Assembly (NCBI RefSeq): GCF_001194135.2
Contig: NC_068988.1
Coordinates: forward strand, 4,815,812 to 4,879,811
Source: Octopus bimaculoides
Taxonomy: Eukaryota
Reading direction: 5' to 3'
DNA length: 64,000 nucleotides
Position 1 is the stretch's first letter, and the number at the start of each line of letters is the position of its first letter. Shown one piece after another: positions 25,203 through 39,138 of this stretch. The translations under genes and the position numbers were made by a program. The notes under the pieces are model-generated. The model did no database searches. It worked only from the letters and a program-made list of their open reading frames with translations, and was not told where the DNA came from.

Positions 25203-27409
25203 TACATATATAAATAATAATATTGCAGCTCAAATGCCAAATTTCATGTAGATTTTGGTCGATTAAATGTATTTCACTTAAAAGTCAATATTTCTTTCGT
25301 AATCCTATTTTACTGTAAGTTTAATCCTGCCGGATAAAAATCACTGAGTCACTAAACTACAAGTGTCTTCTCCAATCTATTGCCTTGTCTTGGATATATC
25401 ATAGACACATGATCCAAAATTCGGACTTATGGGAAGAAAGTTGGTTGTCCATTATAAAGTTACAATATGATAGTGAAGAGTGTTTATATTATTTTTTATA
25501 TCGATCGAGCTGGCGGTTGAGGCGGGGTTCAAGCATTCGGTAATTGTTAGTTAGGTTTCATTGAAATAACTTTAGTACCAAATTACTTGGAGATTATGAA
25601 AGCAGATATAAAACAATTCTTTTTAGAATGCCACAACAAAATGCAAACGATTCTCATATTTTGTATGTTTTAAGTGTTGAACTTACAACGCCTCCGTCCG
25701 TAAAAGGATCCTTTTAAAAGATGACGTTTTCGCTGACTCTCTGTAAAATTGGCAATAAAACAATAAGAAGATAAAGAAACAAAACATAGAAACGTAGAAA
25801 TATTTATTGCGTCAAATAAAAATCTAAAACTGCTTCCGAGCTACGATGTTGTTTGCAGATTTTTCTTTCCGAAGTAAATGAATTTTTACACTAATTTACT
25901 TCCTTTTTACTTCTTCATTTACGACAAAATCACTCTTAGATTAAATTTCTTTGCCAATCATAGAAATTAAGTAAGTGAATTTAACATATTCGCTATATTT
26001 TGTCTTTCAGATGTTACATGTTGGGTTTGTTAGCTCTTTTTTTAAATTGAATAATCATTAAATGAAATTAAACTGTGTTATCATAAGCCTAAGATGCGTT
26101 GAGAAATGTAATTTGATCTGTAAATGTTGTTATCTCAAAGATTAAACTGAAAAAAGATATTCTTTGAGAAAGCATTTCAGTGAATTTGAAGCAAAATGAA
26201 ATGTATCAAGATTTTCCACTGAGGACCAGCTTAAATTTCAAGGGTTTGATACGTTTTCATTGGAGTGTTGCAAACTTCATCGAAGAACGCAAGCTAATCG
26301 ATTTAAAATAATACAGTGACTTATGTGGTTGAATGTCGTTCTGTTTATCAACTGCAAGCCCATAATAATAAAAGATATTCCAGGCATGAGCAGAGCAGAT
26401 CAGCTATAATATACTCCAGCCACAAGTTTAGTTGTCTTCTCATAGTCTTGAATGTGAAAGGTTTCACTGAATATTGTGTTAGTCCTTCTAAAAGATGCTA
26501 AGATGTGATTTATGTTTATGTCGGATAAGGTTTTTCACTCAACAGTTACAACATCAGTCTCATTTCTCTGGGATACTTATGTAAACCTTGGTACGGATAA
26601 ATCGGCGTGCGTGTGTGTGCTTGTGTGTGCGTGCGCCTATTTCCATCTTTATAGGGTCTCCAAACAGTCGGTTTCGGCAAGATTTTTTCAGGAACAGTGG
26701 CAGTTACTTTATTTTGGACAGAACGGAAGCAGAAACTGGCAACCTGGGAGCGGAAGGCAACAAGATGGACAGACAGAGACATCTCGTTGGGGAACAGTGA
26801 GGTGAGAGAGGAAGCAAAAAAAACCCACAAAAGAGTGAAAGGAAAGAAGAACGAAAGAGACCTGGATCAGAAGATCGTCACAGTAAGTGGAGGAAAACTT
26901 TTGAAAATCATTGTTTGCGTCAGAAATAATTAACCTGAGAAAAATAGGTTCAAATAATAAAAAAAAATGTGGCAAAAAAAACAAGGAGTCAAAACTTTAG
27001 ACTTCATCAGCTGCCTTGCTACGGACTCTGGTTGTTTCAACACTACTTTCTGCTCCCACAAAGATAACAGATCTCTTTGTCACCTTTCAGCTTGTCAAAC
27101 AAGCAGACATCGTATTTTCTGCTTTTGCTTTAAGGACATCGCGCAAGTTTTCCCCGGAAACTTACAGAACCATACTTTTCAGTTCTTTTCAGTTCATATC
27201 GTTTTCATCGTAATTTACTAATATTTTTCTGGAAAAGACATTTTCCCATACACTAACAAATAGTATGATACTTAATTTCATCCTAATTGGACTTATACTA
27301 TCGGTTTCCTTCCCAATTCGTTCTTCTAAACAATGCAACCTTTGTCTATCCTTGCATTTTCTTGGTCTCCGTCAATATGATTGAAGTTAATATTTCTCAC
27401 GATATTTTT

Positions 27410-27600
27410 AAAGCAGTGAGCTGGTAGAATTATTATCATGCCGGGCGAAATACGTAGCGTCCAAATTTCCGCCGAGGTCGAATTTGCCTTTCAGACAATC
27501 TGGGTCCGTAAAATAAGCGCTAGTTGAATACTGAAGTACATTTAATCGACTTAGTCCCACCCCCACAACAGCTGCCCTTGTGCAAAAATTTGAAACCATT
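27410..27600 (+). mobile_element. tRNA-derived SINE (family 1), diverged with an internal deletion
   Basis: AAGCAGTGAGCTGGTAGAAT...AAATTTCCGCCGAGGTCGAATTTGCCTTTCA...TTAATCGACTTAGTCCC. Confidence 0.75.
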
Positions 27601-27813
27601 ATTTCTCTCAATTTTGTGTCAACTAACAACTGTATCATATGGTTTTCGATGTCACTGAGTTAGCAATTCTATTTCAAGGTATCGAAACTACCAGAGTCAT
27701 CAACAAAATAGCTGCTGCACGCTAATTTTTCCTTTTTGATCTTTGCTTATTTTCGCTTATTCAGTATTAGGCGTTTTCTTATCTTTGTTGCCCATTCCTT
27801 ACACACACTCATA

Positions 27814-27852
<39 letters not shown>

Positions 27853-28348
27853 TATTGAGTGCATAAATATATGAACATGAATATATTCGTAGAAAGAGAG
27901 CGAGAGAGAGAGCATGAAATGCGGGTTACAATGGTGGTTGAGATGGAAGCAGGAACAGAGGAAAGTGAGAGTAGAGAAGAATTGAAAATAAAAGCTCATT
28001 AGCAGACTTCAATCGAAATATCATGACATACTGAGATGTGTCATTAAACTGGACATTCTACAATACAATGAGTTCACTGCAACGTTGAAAGCGAAGGATA
28101 TCACCGCAACAGTAATAACGTCGAAATTCCGATGTAATTCTGCAAATTTCCTGTTCAATTTGACTGCTTTGAGGCAGATGTGTACGTGTCACATATACAC
28201 ATATCGGCACTCACCACCCACACATATATAAAATATACAAACGTGTGCATATTGACAGATATGTTAATGTGTGTGTGAGTGCGTATAAGTATATGCATAT
28301 ACGTGTGTATATATATATATTGATACATTGTTTGCATGCACATATTTT

Positions 28349-28395
<47 letters not shown>

Positions 28396-29078
28396 TAGAT
28401 ATATGTGTGTGTGTATGTAAACACATTATATATGCATATATACATACATATGCACATGCACAACACATATAGACATGCATTATATATATACATACAAACA
28501 CCNNNNNNNNNNNNNNNNNNNNNNNNNNNNNNNNNNNNNNNNNNNNNNNNNNNNNNNNNNNNNNNNNNNNNNNNNNNNNNNNNNNNNNNNNNNNNNNNNN
28601 NNNNNNNNNNNNNNNNNNNNNNNNNNNNNNNNNNNNNNNNNNNNNNNNNNNNNNNNNNNNNNNNNNNNNNNNNNNNNNNNNNNNNNNNNNNNNNNNNNNN
28701 NNNNNNNNNNNNNNNNNNNNNNNNNNNNNNNNNNNNNNNNNNNNNNNNNNNNNNNNNNNNNNNNNNNNNNNNNNNNNNNNNNNNNNNNNNNNNNNNNNNN
28801 NNNNNNNNNNNNNNNNNNNNNNNNNNNNNNNNNNNNNNNNNNNNNNNNNNNNNNNNNNNNNNNNNNNNNNNNNNNNNNNNNNNNNNNNNNNNNNNNNNNN
28901 NNNNNNNNNNNNNNNNNNNNNNNNNNNNNNNNNNNNNNNNNNNNNNNNNNNNNNNNNNNNNNNNNNNNNNNNNNNNNNNNNNNNNNNNNNNNNNNNNNNN
29001 NNNNNNNNNNNNNNNNNNNNNNNNNNNNNNNNNNNNNNNNNNNNNNNNNNNNNNNNNNNNNNNNNNNNNNNNNNNNNN

Positions 29079-29141
<63 letters not shown>

Positions 29142-29677
29142 TATATGTATAAGTGAAGTATATAGTGTAATGTTAAAATATAAATACATATATATATAGC
29201 ATATTGTATTATATATCATGATTACTATAGAGGGAAGTTAGAAAGTCCTTAACAATCTATAGATATTACACTAGTACATGTCAGAATATATAGACATACG
29301 AAATACAAAAATATTATATGAGATGAGAGAATAAAATAAAATGGAATAAGAAAAAACGAAAATATTTGGATGAAATTTCCATAAAGGATTTATAAAGTGA
29401 AAAAAGGAAGAAACAGACAAAGATAACAATTTTACACTGTCAATGTAAAATATGTAAAATAAAATATGTACCGGATATAAAAAGGAGAGATAAAAGATAA
29501 AAAATAAGGATAAGTTAAGGTATTCATAACAAAATCGAATTAAAAATAATTTTAAAATAAGTAAAATAAGATAAAGATACCATTGGAAATGATTTTATAA
29601 AATAGTTGTAAGATATATTATTACAGACACAGATTTGTGTAGAAGCATAACAATTCTAGGAGGTGCATGCAATATAC

Positions 29678-30789
29678 TTAAGGGATTATCTATGACTTCC
29701 ATCTTTTTACAAGCTTTTTAATCTCATCAATGTAAAACTCTTTTGGTTTCAAAGCGAAGAACTCTGAAATGTCACTTTCGACCTCCTCCTGGCTTGCGAA
29801 AGTTATGTCCCCCAAACTATTCTGTAAACTAAGAAAGAAATGGTAGTCTTAACGAGCAAGGTCGAGAGAATAAGGTGGATGAGGAATTTTTTCCCAGCCA
29901 AGCTCTTCGGTCTTCTGTGATGTGATTTTTGCAGTGTGGGGTCGCGCATTGTCCTGATGAAACATCACTCCTTTTCGATTCACTAAAGCGGGTCTTTTTT
30001 CTTCAAAGTTTGGTTCAAATGCTCTAATTGTTGACAGTAGACTTGAGCATTGATTGTTTAATTGATTGGTAACAATTCAAAGTGAATTACTCCTTTGCGA
30101 TCCCACCAGATAAAGAGAAGATCCTTTTTTCCATGAAGTTCCCTTCTCGGTTGTGGTTGAGCTTTTTCACTTTTACCAAGCCACTATTTACGACGTTTAA
30201 CATTTCAATACAAGATCCATTTTTCGTCACCAGTCACAAGACTATCCAAAAAGGGTTAAATGAGTTCTCGAGAATAGAGAGAAGAGTAGGTGTCAACTCG
30301 GGATTTGCGGTTGCTTTCGGACAATTCATGAGACACCTATTTTCCAAGCTTAGGAACCTTTCCAAGTTGTTAAAGATGACGATGAACAGTTGTATGGTTT
30401 CAACTAAGCTTTATTGCCAATTCTTCAACTGATAATGCAGGATTTTCTTCAAGTAATGCCTCAAGGAGCTTATCATCAAACTCAACTGCTCGTCCTGTTC
30501 GATCTTCATCGTCAAAGCTGAAATCTCCACTTCTGAATTTTGCAAACCATCTTCTGCAAGTTCTTTATTCAAGCATTCTTTTCCATAAACTGAGTGCATG
30601 TTTCGAGTCGCTTCGGCTGCAAAGTTTCCTTTTTTGTACCCATAAAGCAAATGTTCTCTGGATACTTTCATGTTAGAAAGGGTTTTAATCAAAGAATTTT
30701 TAATTCCATTAGACATTCTAAAATAGCATTAAATTTCATTCAATTTTCAAAAAGGTAAAATGGGACAGAACATATGGGATGACCTTATA
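29678..30789 (-). mobile_element. Mariner transposon, near full length but pseudogenised
   Basis: Minus frames give MKVSREHLLYGYKKGNFAAEATRNMHSVYGKECLN, then (after a frameshift) RRWFAKFRSGDFSFDDEDRTGR...NPALS...LGKVPKLGK*VSHELSES...LVTGDEKWILY. The right end ATAAGGTCATCCCATATGTTCTGTCCC is next to a TA; the left end is degenerate. Confidence 0.88.
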
Positions 30790-30966
30790 TATACTATACA
30801 GTAGTGTCTCGGCTTTCGAACACTTCTGATCATGAATAAATCGTGTGTTACATCCCGTCTTTCTCATAATCATTTAATACAGTAGGACCTCGCTTTACGA
30901 ACAACTCAGATCACGAATAAAGCACGATTTATTCGTGACCAGAGGTGTGTGGAAACCGAGCTACTA

Positions 30967-31016
<50 letters not shown>

Positions 31017-32069
31017 CATATTTATATACATATATATATATGTATTTCATATTTATATACATATATATATATAAAGAGAGAGACACACACATATGTTCAT
31101 ACATACACACGTGCGAATATGTATTCGTGTGTGTGTGTATGTGTGATATACACATCTTTCAGATATATGTTCGTATTGAGAGAGAGCTATGTATATAAAG
31201 AAATATTTTTGTGAGTGTTTATGAATATACCGAGAATGAAATAGAGAGACAGACAGTCAGGCAAGCAGATAGATAGATAAAGCCAATTATCCATATTTTC
31301 TTTATTGTTTCCTTGTTTTCCTGCCAATATATTGGGCTATAGGTTTTCTCATAGAGCTGGAGTGTACAATTCTAAACCCGATGTACAAATAATAAGAAAA
31401 TAAATATGATAGAAAGTCTAACTTTCATTGATATAGAGTGGAACAAAATTATATTTGATCGGCTTTGCTATAATTTAAGGGTCAGTTATTGATATCGATT
31501 ATTCAATAAGTTTCCCATTATCCCCTTTATAATCACAGGCGTCGTTTGAAAAATAGAAAGTAAAATCCTCATAGAATTTTGATAGGAAGTTATTGCAACA
31601 TTCTCGTATGTTATTTTCTTATGGAATAATATTTCATGAAACTTTGATTGCTACTTGAAAGGCCATTGTATTGTATACGTTATTCTCGTACCGGGTTTTA
31701 TTATCTAAGAAAGGCGAGAGGTTCTGAAATTATAACCACAGAGGATATATTAAGTAATCTGGACTGCTTTCAATGTGATAATATCGTCGAAATTAATCGG
31801 TAAATGTTTATTCTAATATTGTGTGCAAATGAAAGCTGATTCTCTTCATTTTCATATAACATAAATCCTCACACGTCACTTTAGCTAGAATAACATCGAG
31901 CAAATAAGATACAACTTCTTCATCGAAAATGTACAAAATGGCGCATATTACGATCTAAATGCTTTTCCATACTTAATACTGATTAGGAGATTGATGCCAC
32001 CAGTTGTAAATATTCACCTCAATATAGAACATATTTTTGAAGAATAAGTCACGAGACACAGACGTATAT

Positions 32070-32112
<43 letters not shown>

Positions 32113-33176
32113 CATATACATGGAGACAGAGAGAGTGAGAGAGATCAGAAGATAGATACACATGCACACACGCGTATATATATATATATATATACATATA
32201 TATACATATACTTACATATATATTTTTACTTACATACATTTGTATCTACATATATATGTGTGTGTGTTGAGTGTTACAATTTCTATCTCCTTCCTATCTA
32301 CACAAGATACACTACATTTGATACAGATAGTAACGAATCGAAAATGCTTCAGATGTTTTATTCCATTTCGCCATTTCGTAGATAGTTTTTCATAGAATTC
32401 TTTAAAATCGGCGAGTTGTGTGTGATAAATAATTTTCATTTCGCATATCGTATAAATTCAACGATATGCCGTTTAAAAAGAGACACATTTACCATACAAT
32501 CTGACTCTCAGTCATCCATCTTTATCGCTGATATTTTGTACGGACGGATTAAAAGAATATCTTCGTCAAACAGCCTAGATATGCCATAACTATTATAGCA
32601 ATCCTTTTAAGGGAATCTTTTCAAAGCTTACTATTTAATAGCGGAGAATTCGAGATATATATATATATANNNNNNNNNNNNNNNNNNNNNNNNNNNNNNN
32701 NNNNNNNNNNNNNNNNNNNNNNNNNNNNNNNNNNNNNNNNNNNNNNNNNNNNNNNNNNGATCTTATATATATATATATATTTGAATTACCAATTTGGACT
32801 GCTGAACTCGACACGCTTTTTTCATCCTGTCTCTGTTTATTTCCTCATTACTTACTGTTGAAGAGCGTAGGCTCGAAACCTAAAAGACATCAAGTACGTG
32901 AGCATAAAGCCCATTTATGTAATGCCGGTCGCATTCATCGGCTTTACTCAGCAAAAATACAATACGAAGAGTATTATGTATACCAGTATGTAAATAAAAA
33001 TACCAGGGTTAACATAGGAGAGTATAGTAGAGTGAGACGGAAGAGAAAGGGTAAGGGACAACGAAGTAAGACTATGATGAGATGGAGACGGAGAGATGTT
33101 TATCGGCGCCGCACCTCACGTAGAATGTATATCAGTAATAACAAAAATAATCCTTCCTACAAAAGGAGCAAGACAT

Positions 33177-33355
33177 GAAATTTTAGGGGAGGGGACTGGT
33201 CGATTACATCGACCCCATTGTTTCACTGGTACTTAATTTATCGACCCCGAAATAATAAAAAGTAGAGTGGACCTCGGCGGAATTTGAACTGAGGAAGTAA
33301 ACTGATGAAATATCGCTAAGCATTTTGCTTAACGTGCTAACGATTCTACCAGCTC
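33177..33355 (-). mobile_element. tRNA-derived SINE (family 1)
   Basis: Reverse complement of the family consensus (ACTGGTACTTAATTTATCGACCCCGA...GACCTCGGCGGAATTTGAACT...CGATTCTACCAGCTC). Confidence 0.85.
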
Positions 33356-33721
33356 AAATAATTGTAGTCTTTCTGGAGTTAAGAAGATTGTCTACCTACT
33401 CCGGAAATAGTTGAGTATAGAACTGACCTACCATATGCATATGGGAGGTCACTAGCCTGTATGGTCTGGCTAAGTCAAAATGGTTTTTTGTATTCTTCCT
33501 TTCTACTTGGAGAGTTTAGATGTAGTTATAAAGACATGCCCTGTTTAAATGAAATTTCCTAAAATTTCTATATCTTTGTGCAGCTGAGGATTGCTCTGCA
33601 TTTTATATTTCATGTAATGTTCACATTGCTTAATTAAATGGAGTCGCATGAAACGATCGTGTTGTATTAACTTTGGATATCCTTGTTGCTTATTTTGACT
33701 TTAAATACATATATGTGTGCG

Positions 33722-33778
<57 letters not shown>

Positions 33779-36700
33779 GTGTGCGTGTGTGTATAGTATT
33801 TTCCCAGACTAAAATTCAAAATGGACGTTTATATTTGAATATGCTGAAACTGGAAATTTTAAGATTCTATTATCATGTTAGATTGATCGAAAAAGCGTTT
33901 ACAATTTTATGCATTGATATGAATACATACAAGATGTTAATTAGTCATTAAGTTTACATTTCAAGAAATAACATCCGTTAATTCTGTACCAGCTGTTCAG
34001 TTATTTTAATTAATTGCGGTTTTTAGGAAAAGATTTGATATTTTGATACTGCATGGATATGAGGACGAACGTTGTTAACCACTTTAACTAAACTCACAGT
34101 CTTTTTTCATTGGAGAAGTCATTAATTTAACGAACGACAGAAAACTGTAAAATATTAGCCAGTGTGTTTGAACGATTACTCATAGTATAGTGAATTATAA
34201 TCAATAAGATATAAAGTATTACCGATATTGGTCTATGAGAGATAAAAAAAATTATAGTTATTATATAACTATATCCCATTGCATATAAAGGAATTAAGAA
34301 AAGCAGGAAAACGGATTATAACGCCATTTTGAAATGTAATGCAAGGAAAACACATCTAATATATTTTGTAGCAATTAAGGAGGAAATGATGTTTGACTAA
34401 ATGAGGTATTACATTAAAGCCACTGTTGGCTCTGAATGAAGTAATACACAATGAATCGGAATCTTGTTACGCTGTTAGTTCCTTTCAATTCGGCGTCCAG
34501 GATTTAGAGATAAATATCTCGTCCAGATGAATAAACGATTGATTGGATCATATCTGTCCAATAGGAAAATCGATACCTTTACAAGTATTGCCCCGTCTTC
34601 TACTCCTAATTACAATTTTCTTCAATTCATTTCATTTATACTCGAAGATACTTCGAAGTATTCTTACAGTTACGATAAGAATAACCAAAATCGACAGATC
34701 TTATGCAATTGTCGAAGAGGAGAATCAAGGGTTGAATTTCGTAAAGATAATTTGCCCGTGTGGTATAACACCTACGCCTTATAATTATCAAGTCACATTA
34801 ATAAGGAATAATTGTAATTAGCATTCATTTTGAAAAGAATAATGTAAGTCCTTCACTTGTCAACGGTAAGTAGAAAATATATTATCTTGATTCGTACCTT
34901 CAAATCGATTCTTTCATCTGATAAAAAAGAACAACGTCTAAGTTGCAAAACAAATGTTACAGTGTTGTTACTAGAAAATCACGTGAAACAACCAGATTAG
35001 TTTTCAGAAAATATTTACCGACGCATATACATTCAGTTCTGGATTTCTACCATTTCTATCAAATCTAGCAACAACTCACATTTTTGGTAAACATATGTAA
35101 AGAAAATAAGTGCAGTTCATTCATATCTTGATTATTTTATGCATCAGCCCGTACAACGACTTAAAATTGTATCACCAATTATCTCATGAATTATCATTTT
35201 AAAGGACATTTTATAAAACTGAAAATAAGGTGAACCAAATAGTTTTATATGCATAATATCAAGTTTTATATATAATAGATATATACAATTGTTTTAACTA
35301 AATATAACAGCAATAGTTATATATATAAAACATTAGTTGTATCTATTAGTTTTATATATAACACTGGTTACATGCAATAGTTCTTATAATTAACATCAGC
35401 AAGATAAGTATGAAACTATTGTACGTATTGCGTATATGTAAAAATTGGCGTTACATGGTCACTATGGTAGAGAACAGAATAAAATTTTTGACGGTATTTT
35501 GTTATTTCTCTTCACATTCTACCTAAAATCCAAGCCGACCGTTCCTCCGGAGGCCAATAAATAATACCAGTAATATATTTGATACACGTTCTTCCCACTA
35601 TATCTGTGCGCTCTAACATTATGATCTGTGACAATGTAAGCAAGCTTAAAGTATGAGGTAAAGATAACTAATTCTCAGGGACGAAAGAAATTATGTTTAA
35701 ATGCTGAGTAGTTCTTTACCGCTACATGAGGAATGAATTAGAAGCCATTTCGGTATTTTGTTGAAAACAGAGCATATAATTCTACGCTCTTGGGTTATCT
35801 GGAAATACTCCTTTAGGTAGATCGAAGTCTAGTCCTTTGACGATTGACACGTTTATTTAAGACAAAAAGCAAAACCTTAGATGACGATAAATTTCTACGC
35901 TTCCAGCTGTTGAATGCAAGAGTTTCTATGTTCATGGTTCAAATTTTACTAGTGCCTGCTTTAGCCTCCACTGTTCTACAATTAATAAGTTCCATTAATC
36001 AACTGAATTCGGTAAATCGACTAAAACCGTTTTCCTTTAAAATACTGTGCTTAGTCAACTCACTACACTCTCAATTATGACAAACATATTTCTTTTCGTG
36101 GCTTTTTGTGAATACTGAGAAGTGTTTTAATGTCACTATAAGCCAGTCGGTATTTTTTATGGGCATTGTTGTTAATCAAGCATAGTAAACATTAAATATT
36201 TACTAAACGTTATCAGCAAATCTAATAAACTATTTTTTTAAAAAAGCTAATTAGTTCACTGGGAAATTACAAAGATTTATGACCTTTCAAGATTTTTATA
36301 TATCATTAGCTGATTTGGTGCACTATTTTTCATATCAATTTTATTGGTTTGCTATCATTCTTTTCTTGCTCAGATATTTTTATTTGAGTAAACCTAAATA
36401 AAAACAAAAAATGAAATGGTATGAATCATGAAGCAAAGAAAAACTCAATTGTCTTTGCTTCGTTTTCGAAAACATCAGTCGCTATTTCTCTCTCGATTTT
36501 GTTAATCACGATAAAAGTAAAAATAATGGACAAAAATATTGGCTTCGTAAGACTTCAACATTTTTCACTCTTTTTGCAATCATCATTTTAATAATTCCAG
36601 CAATAAACCATTTACTTCCCCGATACCTACCCCAATATTACCTACTTGATATTTTAGTATTTTCATTTTTTTTTCTCTACATTCTTTAAATAGTGTAGCA

Positions 36701-37199
36701 TTACTACAAATTGTACAGAAAGTACATTTAAGAATATTTTCTTTTTAAAAATGAACTGCTATTACAGGAATTCTTTGTTCCGAGGCTTTGTATTGTTATA
36801 TTAGCAGATTATGTAATATGACAACCTTTTTTATTTAATCTGAATATCACCCTTAATATAAATGGATATTATGTCATTAATATATTAGTACGAGCAGAAC
36901 TTATACAGTTTGTGGATATATCCATTCTAATGGATGACTCCGTTATCGTTCACACATCTAAGTAAACCCTCTTTGCGGGATAATTCTACTAATCCATCTT
37001 ATTCAAGTACAGCCTTCGTAATAGAATGCTCTAATCTAGTTTAATATGCTCTATCTCTATATACCTGAGAACTAATCCATAAATTTATACGCCGTGGTCT
37101 ATTGTATAGGGGACAGTGCACATGTTAAATTTTCTTGTTTGATGTTATGATTATACACATTTAATTTTGATTATTGTCTTGAAAGACCAAAGTAAGGTT

Positions 37200-38030
37200 C
37201 CTTCAACAGATGTATCAGACCTTTTCCTTTCAGAGCCTTTCTCTTGAAGACAGAACCGCTAGGGGCCTCAGTGTGACTGTCGACGATAACTTAAGTTGGA
37301 GTGTCCACATAATCAAGAAAGTCGACATGGCCAGCAGGGCGTGCTCCTGGATCCTCAGGACTTTCCAGTGTAGAGATACTCCAACCATTATCCTTTTTCT
37401 ACCTTCGCCCGCCCTCACCTTGAATACTGTTGTCCGCTATGGTCTCCCTACACGAGTCAGAATATTAAAAAGCTTGAAGCAACCCAGAGATCAATTACAA
37501 AGAAAAACTGATAGCATGTCCGGTCTTAATTACTGGGATCCACTCGCTAATCTCAAACTGTATTCTCTCTAGCGCCGCCGAGAGCGCTTTATTATTTGTA
37601 CGATGTGGAAATTGTTCCGACAGTATTGCCCAAATGATATCGGTATCACTTTTAAAATCCACCCAAGGCTTAGTCCTCGTGCTATGCGTCCTCTGCAGAA
37701 GCGTACTCTCAGAACATCACAACACTAAGACAGAACTACCTCTGCTCGACTGGACCTGCTCTTTTTAACATCATTCCAAAACATATAAAGGAGGGAAAAG
37801 ATTTCATAACCTTCAAAAAGTTCCTGAATGAATATCTCCAACAAATTCCAGATAAACCACCTATACTCGGATATACTGCTGCAAACAACAACTTTTTAAT
37901 CGAATGGGCGATGGTGCCTAAAAATAACTATACAAAAATACATTACTAAATGGCTTTTCCATGTGGTGCTATTAAGTTACCTATAGATTGGGCCAATGTG
38001 GTCGAAACCTATCTAAATAACTAAGTATCT
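37200..38030 (+). mobile_element. CR1-clade LINE, 5'-truncated (RT C-terminus and 3' end)
   Basis: RGLSVTVDDNLSWSVHI...SWILRTFQCRD...LNYWDPLANLKLYSL*RRRERFIICTMWK...LNEYLQQIPDKP. The DLGV-x-x-D-x-x-L-x-W, LRTF and LYSL-x-RRR motifs of CR1 ORF2 are present with frameshifts. Confidence 0.85.
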
Positions 38031-39087
38031 TATATTACCGACAGCTAAATGAACTAATTATTCTACTTTAAAAGAAAATAGGAAGTTGTTGAATACTATT
38101 ATTTGTTCTAAAAGAATCAGTTGTAACACGGCTACACACTACTTAAAGATTTATGCATGGGAAATGTTTTCGGATGTGAAATGGCGGAAGATTTCAGAAA
38201 AAAGTTTCACAATATTTAATTTTTGAAGATAATATTTAAAAAATTAATATTCGAGAGAAACCAATAAATAATTGTCAGAGGATAAAATTGAATACGTGTT
38301 ACAACAAGGAATACCACCCACAATATTTAACTATAAAATTTAATTTCATTTGTAAGCTAATTTTCTAAGATGATAAAACAGGAGTTGAAAACAAAATTAT
38401 AGGAATTAGAATCCAATGCAACTATAGAATTAGTTCACAATGACGAGTTTCCAGAAACGTATCTGATAAAAGCATTCACTACATTTAGAATGTTTCATTA
38501 TTAGTTGTTTAATTATGGTAATTCTATTGGATTCAGTGTGTCATTGAAAATGGGTGAAACAGTTTTACTTCGCTAATACAAGGATGTATTCATCAATCCA
38601 TTGATGAGGAAATCTATACCACTATGGTACTGGGTACGGATACACATTTCTTGAACTATCAAGGGAGATAAAGACAGTTTCATTCATTTCCATGGGCACA
38701 TTTTTAATAATACTATGAATTAATGATGGCCATACAAATGTAAATACTGTCAAGTAGTACCGTTCAATCAATGAATAAGATTCGATTAGGAATAGTTCAC
38801 ATTTTTCAAGAGTATCAACATTGAAACATTTTGACAATCATTCAATTTTTGATTTTGACGTTTCCTCTTGTGGGAAACCAAAATAATATAAATCTAAAAT
38901 ATATCTGATAAACTATATGAAGTGAAAGAAATATAGACAGAGTGTTTTAAGTTGTTGCAGTTGGTATAGCAGGGACATTTCATAAGGAAATAAACCATAA
39001 TGTTAAATCTAAACCATATTGATTTCGATATGTGAGAGAAAGAGAGTGAGATAGTGAGGAAGTAATAGAGAGAACGGGAGATATGAA

Positions 39088-39138
<51 letters not shown>

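Noticed and set aside
32815-32900. Penelope-like terminal signature (GAAGAGCGTAGGCTCGAAAC; a similar motif at about 2255-2285)
   Set aside because: Only a short motif with no RT or GIY-YIG coding evidence; not enough to call.
38622-38837. 71-aa minus-strand ORF as a possible extra exon between EGF2 and Ig
   Set aside because: No convincing flanking splice sites and no domain motif in the frames I checked.
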